A DNA stretch of 63,462 nucleotides, the filler included, from Octopus bimaculoides (taxonomy: Eukaryota), in assembly GCF_001194135.2 (NCBI RefSeq). It is 4 parts of 4 records of this genome, joined end to end, with 100 filler letters (N's around TTAATTAATTAA, not from the genome) between each part and the next. Parts side by side here need not be neighbours in the genome. Positions count along the whole stretch, not along the records: positions 1 to 28,463 come from NC_068981.1; 3 more parts are not named here. One strand, 5' to 3'. Below, one piece after another: positions 1 to 11,651 of this stretch. Under the pieces are notes generated by a model, which saw only the letters and a program-made list of their open reading frames with translations, did not search any database and was not told the DNA's origin. Positions within the stretch are counted from its first letter, which is position 1; each line of letters begins with the position of its first letter. Both the position numbers and the translations under genes were made by a program.

Positions 1-517
1 AGAGAACACCACTTTTAGTTTGGGGGTTGGGTAGAAACCAGTCCGCTATTGGATTTCTAACTCATAACCAGACAAAACTCTGTTAAACACTTCTCTATGA
101 GCTCCAGCCATTTTGTTTTAACATCAATGTAAAAATATCGATTTTTAATTTTTTTTTTTTTTTTAACTTTAGGACATATTTTGCAGAGCAGAAACTGGAT
201 TATATCGATTCTACTAGGCTGTTTTATTGATCCTGGGTGGAAAATTCCATGTCATTCCCGTTGGGATTTTGTGTCAGAATGTAAAGGGACATAACTTAAT
301 ACAGCAGCGCATTTCGTCCGCATTTCTACCGATTCTTTATTCGTTTTTCTGTTTAGACATTTGCTGTATATAACTTCAATATAATGGGTTTCTATTATGT
401 TATTATTCATCACCAAGGAGATGTGATTGAACCAGTGGGGGCGCGTGCATAGGCAGTGCGGAACTGCAGCACCCCCTGTTTCCACTCGATGTTATCGATA
501 ACATTCAATATAATGAG

Positions 518-739
518 TCCTTTAAGCTGGTGAGCTGGCAGAACCGTTAGCACGCCGGGTGAAATGCTTAGAGATATTTCGTCTGTCTTTACGTTCTGAG
601 TTCAAATTCTGCCGAGGTCGACTTTGCCTTTCATCCTTTCGGGGTCGATAAATTAAGTTCCAGTTGTGTACTGGGGTTCATCTAATCGACTGTCCTCCCC
701 CCCGCCCAAATTTTGGGCCTTGTGCCTAGAGTAGAAAAG
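518..739 (+). mobile_element. SINE family A (tRNA-like head, Meta-domain-like core)
   Basis: A-box-like TGAGCTGGCAGAA, B-box-like GAGTTCAAATTC, core GGTCGACTTTGCCTTTCATCCTTTCGGGGTCGATAAA recurring >15 times in the window; 11-bp TSD AATATAATGAG at 507-517 and 740-750. Confidence 0.85.
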
Positions 740-859
740 AATATAATGAGACTTTATTTCTTGAATTCTTTCTTTATACTTATACATTATACAATCCTTA
801 AGCTAAATGTCAGTAGCCCTCCCCTAGTTTATGAAAAATAGTACAAAAATCCTTGTATA

Positions 860-1003
860 GAACTGTGCGCTTCACAGTTCCAGCGATGCGGTGTTTGGTT
901 GTTGTTGCGCGCATGCTCACATGTCCGAGAGAGGAAGCTTCACCCAAGGGAGAGAGAGAACGAGAGAGCCCTGTCGTTCACGCGGTGCTGGTGAAAGGTA
1001 ATG
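860..1003 (+). promoter_or_regulatory. Possible promoter-proximal/5' exon ending in a splice donor
   Basis: Non-repetitive, relatively GC/CpG-rich patch (TTGCGCGCATGC) ending in AAG|GTAATG at 997/998; no downstream coding exon identified. Confidence 0.2.
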
Positions 1004-2123
1004 TTTCTTTTTGGCTCCGTGTGTGTTCTGCTTAAAAACGTGTTTATATTCTTGAATGTGATAAAGTGTAGAATTAGATTATTATCCTGCTTCCAGCTTC
1101 AGTGTTGCTGCCATGATTTGAAAAATAGGGCAGATTTCTCTGCCCCCCCCCCTCTTATTTTGTGATTTAGGGAAGATTTTTGAAAAACAAGAAGCTATTC
1201 GCGGTGGTGTTCAGTGAACAAATTAAACACACTACCAAGCAGTGACTAAAGCGCAAACCGCTCAAATTTATGTATAAATATTCTTTTTATATGTTTGTTT
1301 CCTTTTACACAATATTAAAACAACAGCTAATATTTTTCTGAAGCAACACATTCGCTAATTTTATCTACGTGCAGCCATTGGATTGAACAGTCCTGCGATC
1401 AAAGTTATCCTAATCATGATCATTTTGTGGGCATTTCTTTTCTCATTCATTTCATTTCATTCAAGTAAATCAGACGCAAACTTAGCTGTGAGATTAAGAT
1501 CTTTACTTCGAATCTACTTAATATCGAGTTTAGTCTCATTGCGCGGCATCATGGATAATTCTTTTATGTAAATAGTATATTGATATCTCCCCTAACATGA
1601 AGACACATAACCTAATGGGAGGTAGGCACACGATCTTAAAATTGAAGTTTGATTACTGGACCGCGTGATGTGTCCTGTACCTGTACAAGTAGACTGGACT
1701 GCGTGTTGTGTCCTTGAGCTACATTTCAATATATTTTACTATATTTCAGATTATTACAGCCTATCTGCTGAAAATTGGTACCAGGTAGATATTGCTCACC
1801 TAGCTGTTATTCTAAATGTTCCGCTGTATCAAGGGTAGTAGAACCATGATGGTGCCTTTGTTTCTCCAGAAAAAAAAAAAGACATTGACTCATAAAGCAA
1901 TGAACGAAAGCATGCTATCTGCAACCAGGTCATTATCCTTGTGAGTGATATCAATAGTTTACGGCTTCTTTCTAGCCTAAAACATAGCAGAAATAGTTAT
2001 CTATGAATCATACTTAACGTATATACAGTATCAAGAGACATGATGCTGTAGATCTTCGTCCAATCTCTTCATAGATATATTGGAGCAAGACGAACAATCG
2101 TCCCAGTATTGATACAGACGAAA

Positions 2124-2162
2124 GCCAAATGCATTTCAGCAGAACTTGCCTTGTCAATTACA
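2124..2162 (-). ncRNA. Degenerate type I hammerhead relic
   Basis: TTGACAA-GGC(aagttct)GCT-GAAA-TGCAT-T; core has two changes from CUGANGA. Confidence 0.3.
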
Positions 2163-2391
2163 TATTTTTGCTAGTCGTATGCCTTGACGAGTATCATGTC
2201 CTTCACTCAATGCTGTATGTATGTTATGTATGACAATTAACATATTATAAATAGTTGTTTTAATTTAATGCTCTTTCAGTTGCGTACACCGGGTTTTTAT
2301 TCAGCCCGGTGATTATTACAGTGTGTTATTTATTATTTCCTTTATATCCGAGAAGACAGGCTTCGCCTTGGCATGTGACTCGCAAAAACAT

Positions 2392-2430
2392 GTAAATGAA
2401 ATGGCCCAGGAAGGCCGAAACACATCTGGT
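2392..2430 (+). ncRNA. Degenerate type I hammerhead relic
   Basis: ATGAAAT-GGCC(caggaa)GGCC-GAAA-CACAT-C; stem II and GAAA intact, core decayed. Confidence 0.3.
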
Positions 2431-3811
2431 GATTTAGCGAATCACTGACAGGACGAATTTTCGTCTCGTTCCGATATGTACATGGTGCTTTTAGTTCGGT
2501 ATGTCTTTGAAGAGCTTTTTACTCAGACGAAAAATGTTCAGCATCATGTCTCTCAATACCGTATATACGTTAAATATGATATATAGATGGCTATTTTAAT
2601 TTGATGTTGTTTCAGTTACGTACACCGTGTTCATAACTTGAACTTTTTTTTTTTTATTGATCGAAAGGTATGATGCTCTTGATCAGATCCTGGACACAGA
2701 ATATATAGGGAAGTATAAAGCAAAATTAGTACAAACTATTTAGTCCAACCTACCACAGTTTCTATCATTTCACGTCGTCATCACACATTGTATGTCTGGT
2801 TGTTGTTAAAGTCGGTAATACGAGACCCTAGGTTAAGCTTTAACCAGCAGACTTACAGACCTTCCATTTGTTACATTTATTGCTTTTCCCCTATATACAG
2901 AGAAACCAGTAATATAATATGTAACATGTACATTTTCAAGACTATAGAGTATGATTTGAAAGATATTTAGCTACTAGTTCTAACAGGTCGAACAACACCG
3001 TAAAGGCTCTTTTGTTGATTCGATATGTCCGGCTGTTGTAGCTGTTTCACTCCAGCTCATTCCTGATTAAGCAAGCCTATATACAGAAACATTTTAGTCA
3101 TCGCCTCCCGCGTTTTTCCAATAGCAGGAAACTGAGGACCACATTATCCACTATGTCCAATCTTAACACGGTAGGTTATGATTTCAGGGAGATCTAACTG
3201 CTGTCTCTAGCAAACCGAATGACCATGCAGGGACTCTTTTGCTGACTCGGTATATAATGTCTGGTGAAGCAGTCGGATGAATTCTCAAAGGAAGGAGCCA
3301 ACTGAAGCATCATTTCACAGTCAGTCGGCCAGCTAGCGAGCCAACCAATCAAAACAAAGAAACCACCGTAGCTTTTTCTGATTGACAGACGGTTTGGTGC
3401 CCGCCTCCTACTTATATCTACTCTGTGTGTGTATGGTGGGGGTGTGTTTTCCATCTTACTGACACTGCTGATTTTATTTTCCCTTCTTGCGTCAATCGTT
3501 CTTTATTCACTCATTCATTCTTATATTTAGTCCACACAACACAGACGCTCTTTCTCTCATTATTCACTCTCTCTCCATCTCTCCATCTTTCACTCTCTCC
3601 CCATTTCTCTCTCCATCTTTCTCTCTCTATATCTCTTTCTCCATCTCTCTTTCCATCTCTCTCTATCTCTCTCAGCACAGACACACGCTCACACACAAAC
3701 ACACACACATATATACTTGCTTTGCATCGCTAATTTTTTAGATGTTATTTCTATCTGCTATATATTTATCGGTCTTATACGTACATACACACACACACAC
3801 ACATACACACA

Positions 3812-3851
<40 letters not shown>

Positions 3852-4118
3852 TATGTATGTACGTACATATCTATGTGGTTTAGAAATCACTCGCTTGAAA
3901 GCTTGAACCGTTTGCTAGTGATTTTAGGTGACTATGTAATCGCGAGCAGACGCAGGTGTGCTCTTGGCCCTCTCATCTTTCATCCATCGGAACATCTACG
4001 ATGTGACATCCGGATAGAGAGAACTTCATCAGCACCCGACTGAAAGACACCTCACCACACGCACAAACACATTCTCTTTCTCTCTCTCTCTCATACAGAC
4101 ACACACACATACACACAC

Positions 4119-4188
<70 letters not shown>

Positions 4189-5617
4189 ATAGATAGATGT
4201 TACCCAGGAAGGAGTATAGCTTGTTTGGTTGGATTGTGCTCGATTGGTCGTATTGTGGTTGATTTTAAACCAAAGATCAACCATGTTTGAGAATAACAGT
4301 GATCGAATGAGTTCTATTTCTGGCCGTCTGGTGTATACAGGGGATTGCTCTACACACCCCAAATGTATCCTTATCATATTTAAGACGGTGGCGTGTGATT
4401 TAGATAATTGGCTGCTGTTTCGAGAAGTCCACTTAAAGGATCATTTATTTGCTTTTGGTTACGTTGTGTTGTTCTTGCTCAAATCACTTAACTTAGCTTC
4501 AATCTATCGGAGCTACAGTATGTGCATCCGGTTGGATCTTGAGATCGATGGCTTCAGTCAAGTTTTGAACCACATGATGTAATATACACGCCCACGCTGG
4601 TTTATCCACATTGCCGTAGCCAAAGTTATGTACTACAAATGGGCGTCCATTCAATTTTCCACCTCTCGGCTCCATGATGATACAAGCTCATAAAAATAAA
4701 CCTAAGCTACTTATCTATGCAGAAGGAGAAGAGGGACGATGTTTAATACACATTGTACTCCGTCCACTATCTAGTTTGTTCTTTAAGCTTCAACGTAATG
4801 ATGGTGACCACAGCCGGTGTTAGAAATACTGAATCATTTAAAGAGGTACAGTTTCGCTTCTTCTGAGCGTTTAACTGTTAGTGTTCATTCCAGGACAAAG
4901 TTTAAAACTGTCAGTGTTACTTGAGTTATTACTGCTGCCGTTATTTCTGCTGCTGTTGCTGTTGCAGTTGCTGCTGTTGCTGTGCTGTTTCTATTTTATG
5001 TATTACTGAATTGAGCGAGAGGGATCATTTCTTTAAATACTTCTACAAACGTGTTCTGCGTCATTGGCCTAGATAAGCAAAATTAATAGCTTCATCAAGG
5101 TTCGTGAAACTCTTTGATTGCAGAAGGCTATTTTCACAGATATGTGTATTGGACAATTTAAAGGTATAAACACAGAGAAAGAGAAAGAGGAAGGGGTGAA
5201 AAAAAGAAAAAAAGAAAAAAGAAAGAGAAAGGAGAGGAAGCCTTCTATGTGAAATTGAAATGGTTTTCCCCTAATTCGAAATATATAAAATATATGAAAT
5301 TGTTTTGTATAATTCAAGTGACGGTAATACTGGTAAACACCATGCATGGCACTCTTACTGGTTAGCGCTGAACTGAGTCATTGGTTGGTGACTGCAAATC
5401 TATAACAAGAACAATAGGTGCTAGAGGTGCTGAAACAACAAACTGTGTCTCTGGAAAGTCCAGATGGTCTTTCATTTTGATTTTTTTTGTTTTTTGTTTT
5501 CACTTCGTTGTGTCGCTCTGCTCAACTGAAAAATTACTGCGACAGATTCAAAATGATGGGTGAGTTAGAGATGGTTGCGGTGACAACAACGCTGATGTTA
5601 TATTACTGCTGCTGTTG

Positions 5618-5649
<32 letters not shown>

Positions 5650-6456
5650 GGTGTATTTGGATAAAGTGATGACACCGATGTTGAGTGTATTAGCAGAGGT
5701 GCTGGTAGCTGTGGCTACGCTTATGGTTTGAAGTTGTCATTATAGTGAACTGAACTTTATGGTTGCAATTTTATTGTTAATTACGATGACAGCATCGGTA
5801 ATACTATGCTTTCCTCTATATCTAAAGTCGATATGGCACTGTCATGTATTTGTGACAATAGTGGTGGTGGTAATAATGTCATTGCATGAGAGTCTTTCAT
5901 GACCTAAGTTTTAAATTTTTTTCTCCATTCACGGAGTTAGAAATATATTAACATTTATCCATTCAATCCATAGCGTGATTAACATTTAAAATATATATAA
6001 AACTTAGTTTGAAAAGAAACAGCACGTGCCATAACATTTCCAGGTCTAGTGTTCGTCAATGGACCAGGAGTTTGATTGAGATTAATAAGGCTGAACTTCA
6101 AACACCCTCATCTTTACCCATAGGTAAATTATCAAATAAACCATGTGTTCTTTAGATGGTCCGTGTTTCCCATCTCTTTAATTTGCATTAAGTTCTAGCA
6201 CCGATTATTGGGTGAGTCGTTGTGTACACTTCTTGGTTAATTCTCTCACTTGGCTGACGTAAAATCGTACTGCCCAGGAGTAATGAGGAGTAGATAGACA
6301 GCCGACAACAGATGAATGGTCGTTTCTCTGTGTTTACTTGTCCTGTTTTCCATTTTTTCTCTCGTTGTTTACGTATTTAACTCGTGTTTGTCTACGTATT
6401 TCATATTGTGTACACAGTTGGTGACGTCCTGTACATATAAATGCGTATATATCTTA

Positions 6457-6457
<1 letters not shown>

Positions 6458-6516
<59 letters not shown>

Positions 6517-6805
6517 GTTCAGTAGTTTTATTTTTATAACGTGCTTTCACTTCACTACCGAGCGCAGCTCTGTGCGCCTTGGGTAAGTGCTGTGGTTTGC
6601 TGTGATGCTCTTATGGTTACTGTATTGAAAGTGCTTTGCGTAGGATGTGTGCAGTGCCCAGTAGTGCAATTTTATGTATGTTATATATATTTGTAAGTCC
6701 TGGTGTTTTTGTTATGTATTTGTCTGAATATTTTTTTATTATACCTAAGGCACCTACTATAATAGGAATTGTTTCTGTTTTTAGATTCCACATTCGAGTT
6801 ACCTC
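6458..6805 (-). mobile_element. 3' end of RLE-type non-LTR retrotransposon (R4/Dong/Rex6-like) with (TAA)n at its 3' end
   Basis: Translation EVTRMWNLKTETIPIIVGALG...IHKIALLGTAHILRKAL matches the C-terminus of the restriction-like endonuclease; short 3' UTR, then ~19 AAT units (6458-6516); truncated by N gap. Confidence 0.8.
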
Positions 6806-6992
6806 NNNNNNNNNNNNNNNNNNNNNNNNNNNNNNNNNNNNNNNNNNNNNNNNNNNNNNNNNNNNNNNNNNNNNNNNNNNNNNNNNNNNNNNNNNNNNNN
6901 NNNNNNNNNNNNNNNNNNNNNNNNNNNNNNNNNNNNNNNNNNNNNNNNNNNNNNNNNNNNNNNNNNNNNNNNNNNNNNNNNNNNNNNNNNNN

Positions 6993-7057
<65 letters not shown>

Positions 7058-8382
7058 AGAGAGAGATATATATATTATACGTATATTCTTATGGTTTGGA
7101 AGCGAAAGACCAATGTCCTTCAGAACCTCAGAATCTCCAAGAAGAACAAGTGGGAAGATGAAGCAACAACATACGAACTTCAAACATTTGAATTTGAATT
7201 ATCTTCTGACCAGAAACCTAGTCCTAATAATTGAAATATTGTGGATTTCGTTAGTAACAACCAAGAGTCACTGTTAAACTGGCTGACAGATTACGTCTAC
7301 TGCCTTACAACAAAGACAGGCCATCTAACGAATTTCCGTGGACCCAACTTTATGCACAGCGAGTGGCTCCATGCAAGTTTAGAGTACACAACAACCACAA
7401 AGTTCTTGAAAGGAAGGGTTGAAAAGCGAAGGTTACAAGCTGAGGTTATTTACTATAAAAGTGGCATTAGGTGAAAATAGTTTGCCTTGTGTTACTTCAA
7501 AGAAATAAAAATTGTTATATTATCGGTACATGGGTCACAGAAAAAGTAATGCCATTGTGGGTATGTTGTTGCAATATGTGTATGAGAAAATTATTAGCAG
7601 TTAGCCTGATAGCCATTCTTTGTGGTTTAGGATATTTTTTGAATGTACAGTGCTGAGTGAACTTTGACAAGGTGTGTGAGCAGTACATAATGCACGCTGC
7701 ACTTGAGCGATGTTGAAAATAAATAGCTTATAACGTTGGAAGCGGTGATTAATAAATTTCAGTCTTTTTAGTAAAAACAGATAAATTACATAACTTCAAA
7801 ACAAGTGGGCTTTTTTGTGGATGTGATATTGATTTAGAGGTTTAATTGGCAACCGAAAGTAAAGAATTTCAATAATATATCAAAACTTGACATCAGAAAG
7901 TGATTAGTTTTTACGTTAGCTATTGATTTAAAAGTGATTGATTGATTGGTTCAGTTGCTAATTATTTCTTGTTTATTACAATTTTAGCCTCTGCCTGGTT
8001 AGTTATTTGGTTGACAACAACTGCAGATTCACTAGTTTATTAAAATAGAAATTAGACATGAGAAAATATCATGTAAAAAGTAAATGGCGAGAGCCTAGCA
8101 AGACACTTCCCCGTACCTTTCTTTTTCGTAATACGTTGTACCTTTTCCATATTTACTAATATTTCTTCGCTTAAATTCTCTATTACGTTTATCATTGTAT
8201 ATAACTTCCAAAGAATATGTTTCTCTTCTGCAATTCTCACTGAACTACAAAAACTGCATTCAAATGAAGGGAGTCCATGATTCACTTAGACAAAACATCT
8301 CTGCAAGAATACTTCCGATACAGCTGCATTTTTTTCCTTAAGAATATGTTATATATTAAGAATATTTTGAAAATACATATAA

Positions 8383-8757
8383 AGGCGTAGCTGCGTGGTA
8401 AGAAGTTTACATCCCGACCACATGGTTCTGCATTCAGTTCCACTGCGTGACACCTACGGCAAGTGTCTTCTACTATAACCTCGAGCCAGTCAAAGCCTTG
8501 GGTTTGGTAGATGGAAACGGAAAGAATCCAATAGTGTGTGTGTGCGTGTGTGTGTGTGTGTGCGTATTTCTCCCCATCACCGTTTGAAAATTAGTGTTGG
8601 TGTGTTTACGTCCTCGTAACTTTGGCAAAAGGGCCGATAGAATAAGTACCAGGCTTTAAACAAAAAAAGGAACTGGGATCGATTCGTTCGACTAAAATCT
8701 TTCAAGGTGATGCCCTAGCATGGTCGCTGTATAATGGCTAAAACAAGTAAAAGCTAA
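8383..8757 (+). mobile_element. SINE family B (tRNA-like head, internal (TA)/(TG) microsatellite)
   Basis: GGCGTAGCTGCGTGGTAAGAAG...GGCAAGTGTCTTCTACTATA...tail CAGCATGGyCGC; >12 copies in window. Confidence 0.85.
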
Positions 8758-8812
8758 AATATATATTCACCTAAATAAATGCATGTGTGTTTGTGTGCGT
8801 GTGTGTGTGTGT

Positions 8813-8867
<55 letters not shown>

Positions 8868-8880
8868 TTTATACATCAAG

Positions 8881-9300
8881 CTTATACGAGGGGATTTCTC
8901 AAGGCTAATAACGTTGTAGTTGGTATTCTAACAAGACATTCATGTTAAGGTGGATATAAAAATTACCGTTTGGTATTGATACTGCTTCCGTCGCTAATAA
9001 TTAATTTTTAATAAGCCTATTGGCTATTTGCGACATCAGTATCTGAAAAGATGCTGATATTCTATATATCGTAGCAACGAGATTTGGTATGTTGTGACCC
9101 CCACCACACACACACACACCAATGATTTCCGGTAGAATGAAATCACGTGATGTAGGAATTCCGGTGCCCATAACAGACGATTCTCGTCTGCTACGATGTA
9201 TGCAACTGTTTTAGACACCAAGCACCTATACGAGAATATTTCTCAAGGCTAATAACGCAGCATTCGATGTTCGAGTAAGACATTCACGTTAAGCTGGATA
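8881..9300. repeat. Diverged ~75-bp direct repeat (8881-8958, 9226-9300) enclosing a hairpin
   Basis: TATACGAG..ATTTCTCAAGGCTAATAACG...AAGACATTCAyGTTAAG.TGGATATA twice; inverted ATCGTAGCA-ACGAGA / TCTCGT-C-TGCTACGAT between them. Confidence 0.55.
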
Positions 9301-9409
9301 TATATATATATATATAATTTAGATTCAAGGGGAATATGGTACTTTAGTTTAGGCACCAGAATTAAGTATGGTAGTATCCAAACAATTCAAAAATAAGGTG
9401 ATTAAAATT

Positions 9410-9693
9410 AAAATAAGCAACAAGGATATTCAAAGTTAATGCAGTACGATCGTTTCATGCGACTCCATTTATTTAAGCAATGTGAATATTACATTAAATG
9501 TAAAATGCAGAGCAATCCTCAACTGCACAAAGATATAGAAATTTACTGAAATTTGATTTCAACAGAAGGACATATTGTTGTAACTACATTTAAACTCTCT
9601 AAGTGGAAAGGAAGAATACAAAAAGCCATTTTCACTTAGCCAGACCATACAGACTAATCTGTATTAACTTTGAATATCCTTGTTGCTTATTTT
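9410..9693. mobile_element. Fold-back element with 35-bp inverted arms enclosing a hammerhead
   Basis: 9410-9444 and 9659-9693 are reverse complements with 1 mismatch. Confidence 0.8.
9439..9528 (-). ncRNA. Near-intact type I hammerhead ribozyme (C3U)
   Basis: Stem I GUGCAG/CUGCAU, core UUGAGGA, long imperfect stem II, GAAA, palindromic stem III ACGAUCGU, GUA site with cleavage between 9445 and 9444. Confidence 0.6.
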
Positions 9694-10089
9694 GATTATA
9701 TATATATATGTGTGTGTGTGTACACACACACACACGCACACACATATCTGTTCACATTTTGCAAAGATTACATGCGCGCTTGCACTCGCTCACACACAAA
9801 CATGCACAAATGCACCTAAACATACATGAACACACATCCGAAAAGTAATATATACCTTTTAAAGATTACTGTACCTACAAGCACAAATCAACCGCCTACC
9901 ATATGTAATGGTTCAGTGGAAGGTATTAGTATACGTTTATGCTGTATTTCATCCAATAGATGTTCCTTCAACAGAGAAACGACTTGTTGCATTAAAGAGT
10001 TAAAACAAAATTGGTTAAAAATAGAATAATATGAATTCTCAGACACGAAAAGATAAAAAAAAAATAGCACAGTCTCTAATTATCTTGTC

Positions 10090-10432
10090 TTCTGCTCTCA
10101 GCTCCTGTTGGTTCTCCGTAGTCACCGTCTTAATAAATGTTATACCAATTTTCTACTTCTACGATGGTAGTATGCCAGAGTTCAGATCTCCTTTAAATTT
10201 GCCATGTCCATTCCTTACTGTTGCGCCTCCATCTTTTCTTCTACCCGCTTCTCCCTTCCCTTACCACAGTTCCTTGAAGGATGGTTCTTGCAATGCTATT
10301 GACTCTTGTTTATGACCATATAATCTCAAATTACTTCTATTCACTATTGTGAGGTATTTATGGGAGCCAATGTAAAACTGGACGATTTTCTAAACTTGCA
10401 CATTTGTGATGTAGTACAAGTATGACATGCTT
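10090..10432 (-). mobile_element. RTE-clade LINE 3' segment
   Basis: MSYLYYITNVQV*KIVQFYIGSHKYLTIVNRSNLRLYGH and RVNSIARTILQGTVV..GRSG*KKRWRRNSKEWT, typical RTE ORF C-terminus. Confidence 0.8.
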
Positions 10433-10439
10433 AAGCTGT

Positions 10440-10907
10440 TGCAATAGCAAGTCTCTTAGGAAGTAGGAACATCATAAATCTGAAATTTGCTGATATTGAT
10501 GAACTAACACGAAGGAAAGATGAATTGATTGAATTAGTCAAGTACCTTCATGCAATGAATTTCATATATATGATGGAAATCAGTGCTGGGGAAATGAAAT
10601 CCATGACAAATGCCAGCAATGTCATATCTACAGTTTTCCCTTTCTCTGAAAAAAGACAGAAACAGAAATAGTGCAATAAGCACTGCACAGACAATTTGCC
10701 AAAACTAAACTCTGACCAATATGAAGAGCTGTGAACAGCAAAATCAAATTCCTTAGAGCGCTAGTACTTTCTGTCTTCCTGAACGCATTGAGACGTGGAA
10801 TCGCTTGCGTGTTATGAACGCTTCGCGCTTATGATGCATGAACGTTCAAAGCAAAGATTCAGACAAGATACAAGCTTTGAACATGAGATGTTACCGCATA
10901 ATCATAG
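10440..10907 (+). mobile_element. RTE-clade LINE RT segment, inverted relative to the 3' segment
   Basis: GSRNIINLKFAD-IDEL...MEISAGEMKSMTN, KIKFLRALVLSVF..ETW, KIQALNMRCYRII; decayed with stops, frameshifts and an internal deletion. Confidence 0.8.
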
Positions 10908-10992
10908 GTGAACTATATATACACGTCTCGCGATATATTTTCTCACACGCACAGGCACACACACACGCGCACACACGCACACACACGCGCAC

Positions 10993-11023
<31 letters not shown>

Positions 11024-11651
11024 GACAAACGCATGCGCAGACACAGAGATATATAGAGAAAAAAGAGGGAGTGGAGGGAGTTTATACATCACTCGTGTGC
11101 CGCACCTTCCCTAATGGTTTTAGGCGTCTATGTAGTCGCAAATAAATATAGACACTCTGACGGAGGTCCCAATTTTGATCCAGTAGAACACGAAGAGCAC
11201 GAAGAATATGAGGGAAGGAAAGATGCATCGGCATTCAACTAGTACTCATTTTCAGCTCAATAGACTGGAGATATATGTGTGCATAGGCATATGCACTATA
11301 AATGTATATATGAGTGAGTGTGCATTTAAACACACGGATATGTATATATAAGTTTGGTAGGATATACCAATACATTCTCGAGACACTGCCGATTAAAGGA
11401 CAAGCTTAAGTGTTATTACAATTACACAGAGAACAAAGAGCAAATAGTTTTCTTGATTGTTATGCTCGTATTTATGCTGTATTTATGTTTCTGTGCATTT
11501 CTTTCTTTTAATCCTTTACTTGTTTCAGTCATTTTGACTGCGGCCATGCTGGAGCACGGCCTTTAGTCGAGAAAATAGACCCCAGGTCTTATTCTTTGTA
11601 AGCCTAGTACTTATTCTATTGGTCTGTTAGTATCGATAGCACAGCAGGCAA

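Larger units (their letters stand above)
1995..2595. repeat. Old inverted repeat (arms ~1995-2185 and ~2365-2595), each arm with a hammerhead relic
   Basis: Reverse complement of left arm aligns to right arm (e.g. CAGCATCATGTCTCTyrATACyGTATATACGTTAArTATGAT; GGCAT..GACT.GCAAAAA.ATGTAA); partial third copy ~2235-2300. Confidence 0.65.

Noticed and set aside
432-444. CTCF-like CCAGTGGGGGCGC
   Set aside because: One base short of the consensus spacing; single weak match
3960-4036. Minus-strand CTGATGA with a distant GAAA
   Set aside because: No stem II closing pairs and no NUH or stem III
7090-7660. Run of short ORFs suggesting a decayed coding region
   Set aside because: No recognisable motif in any frame; cannot assign without a database search
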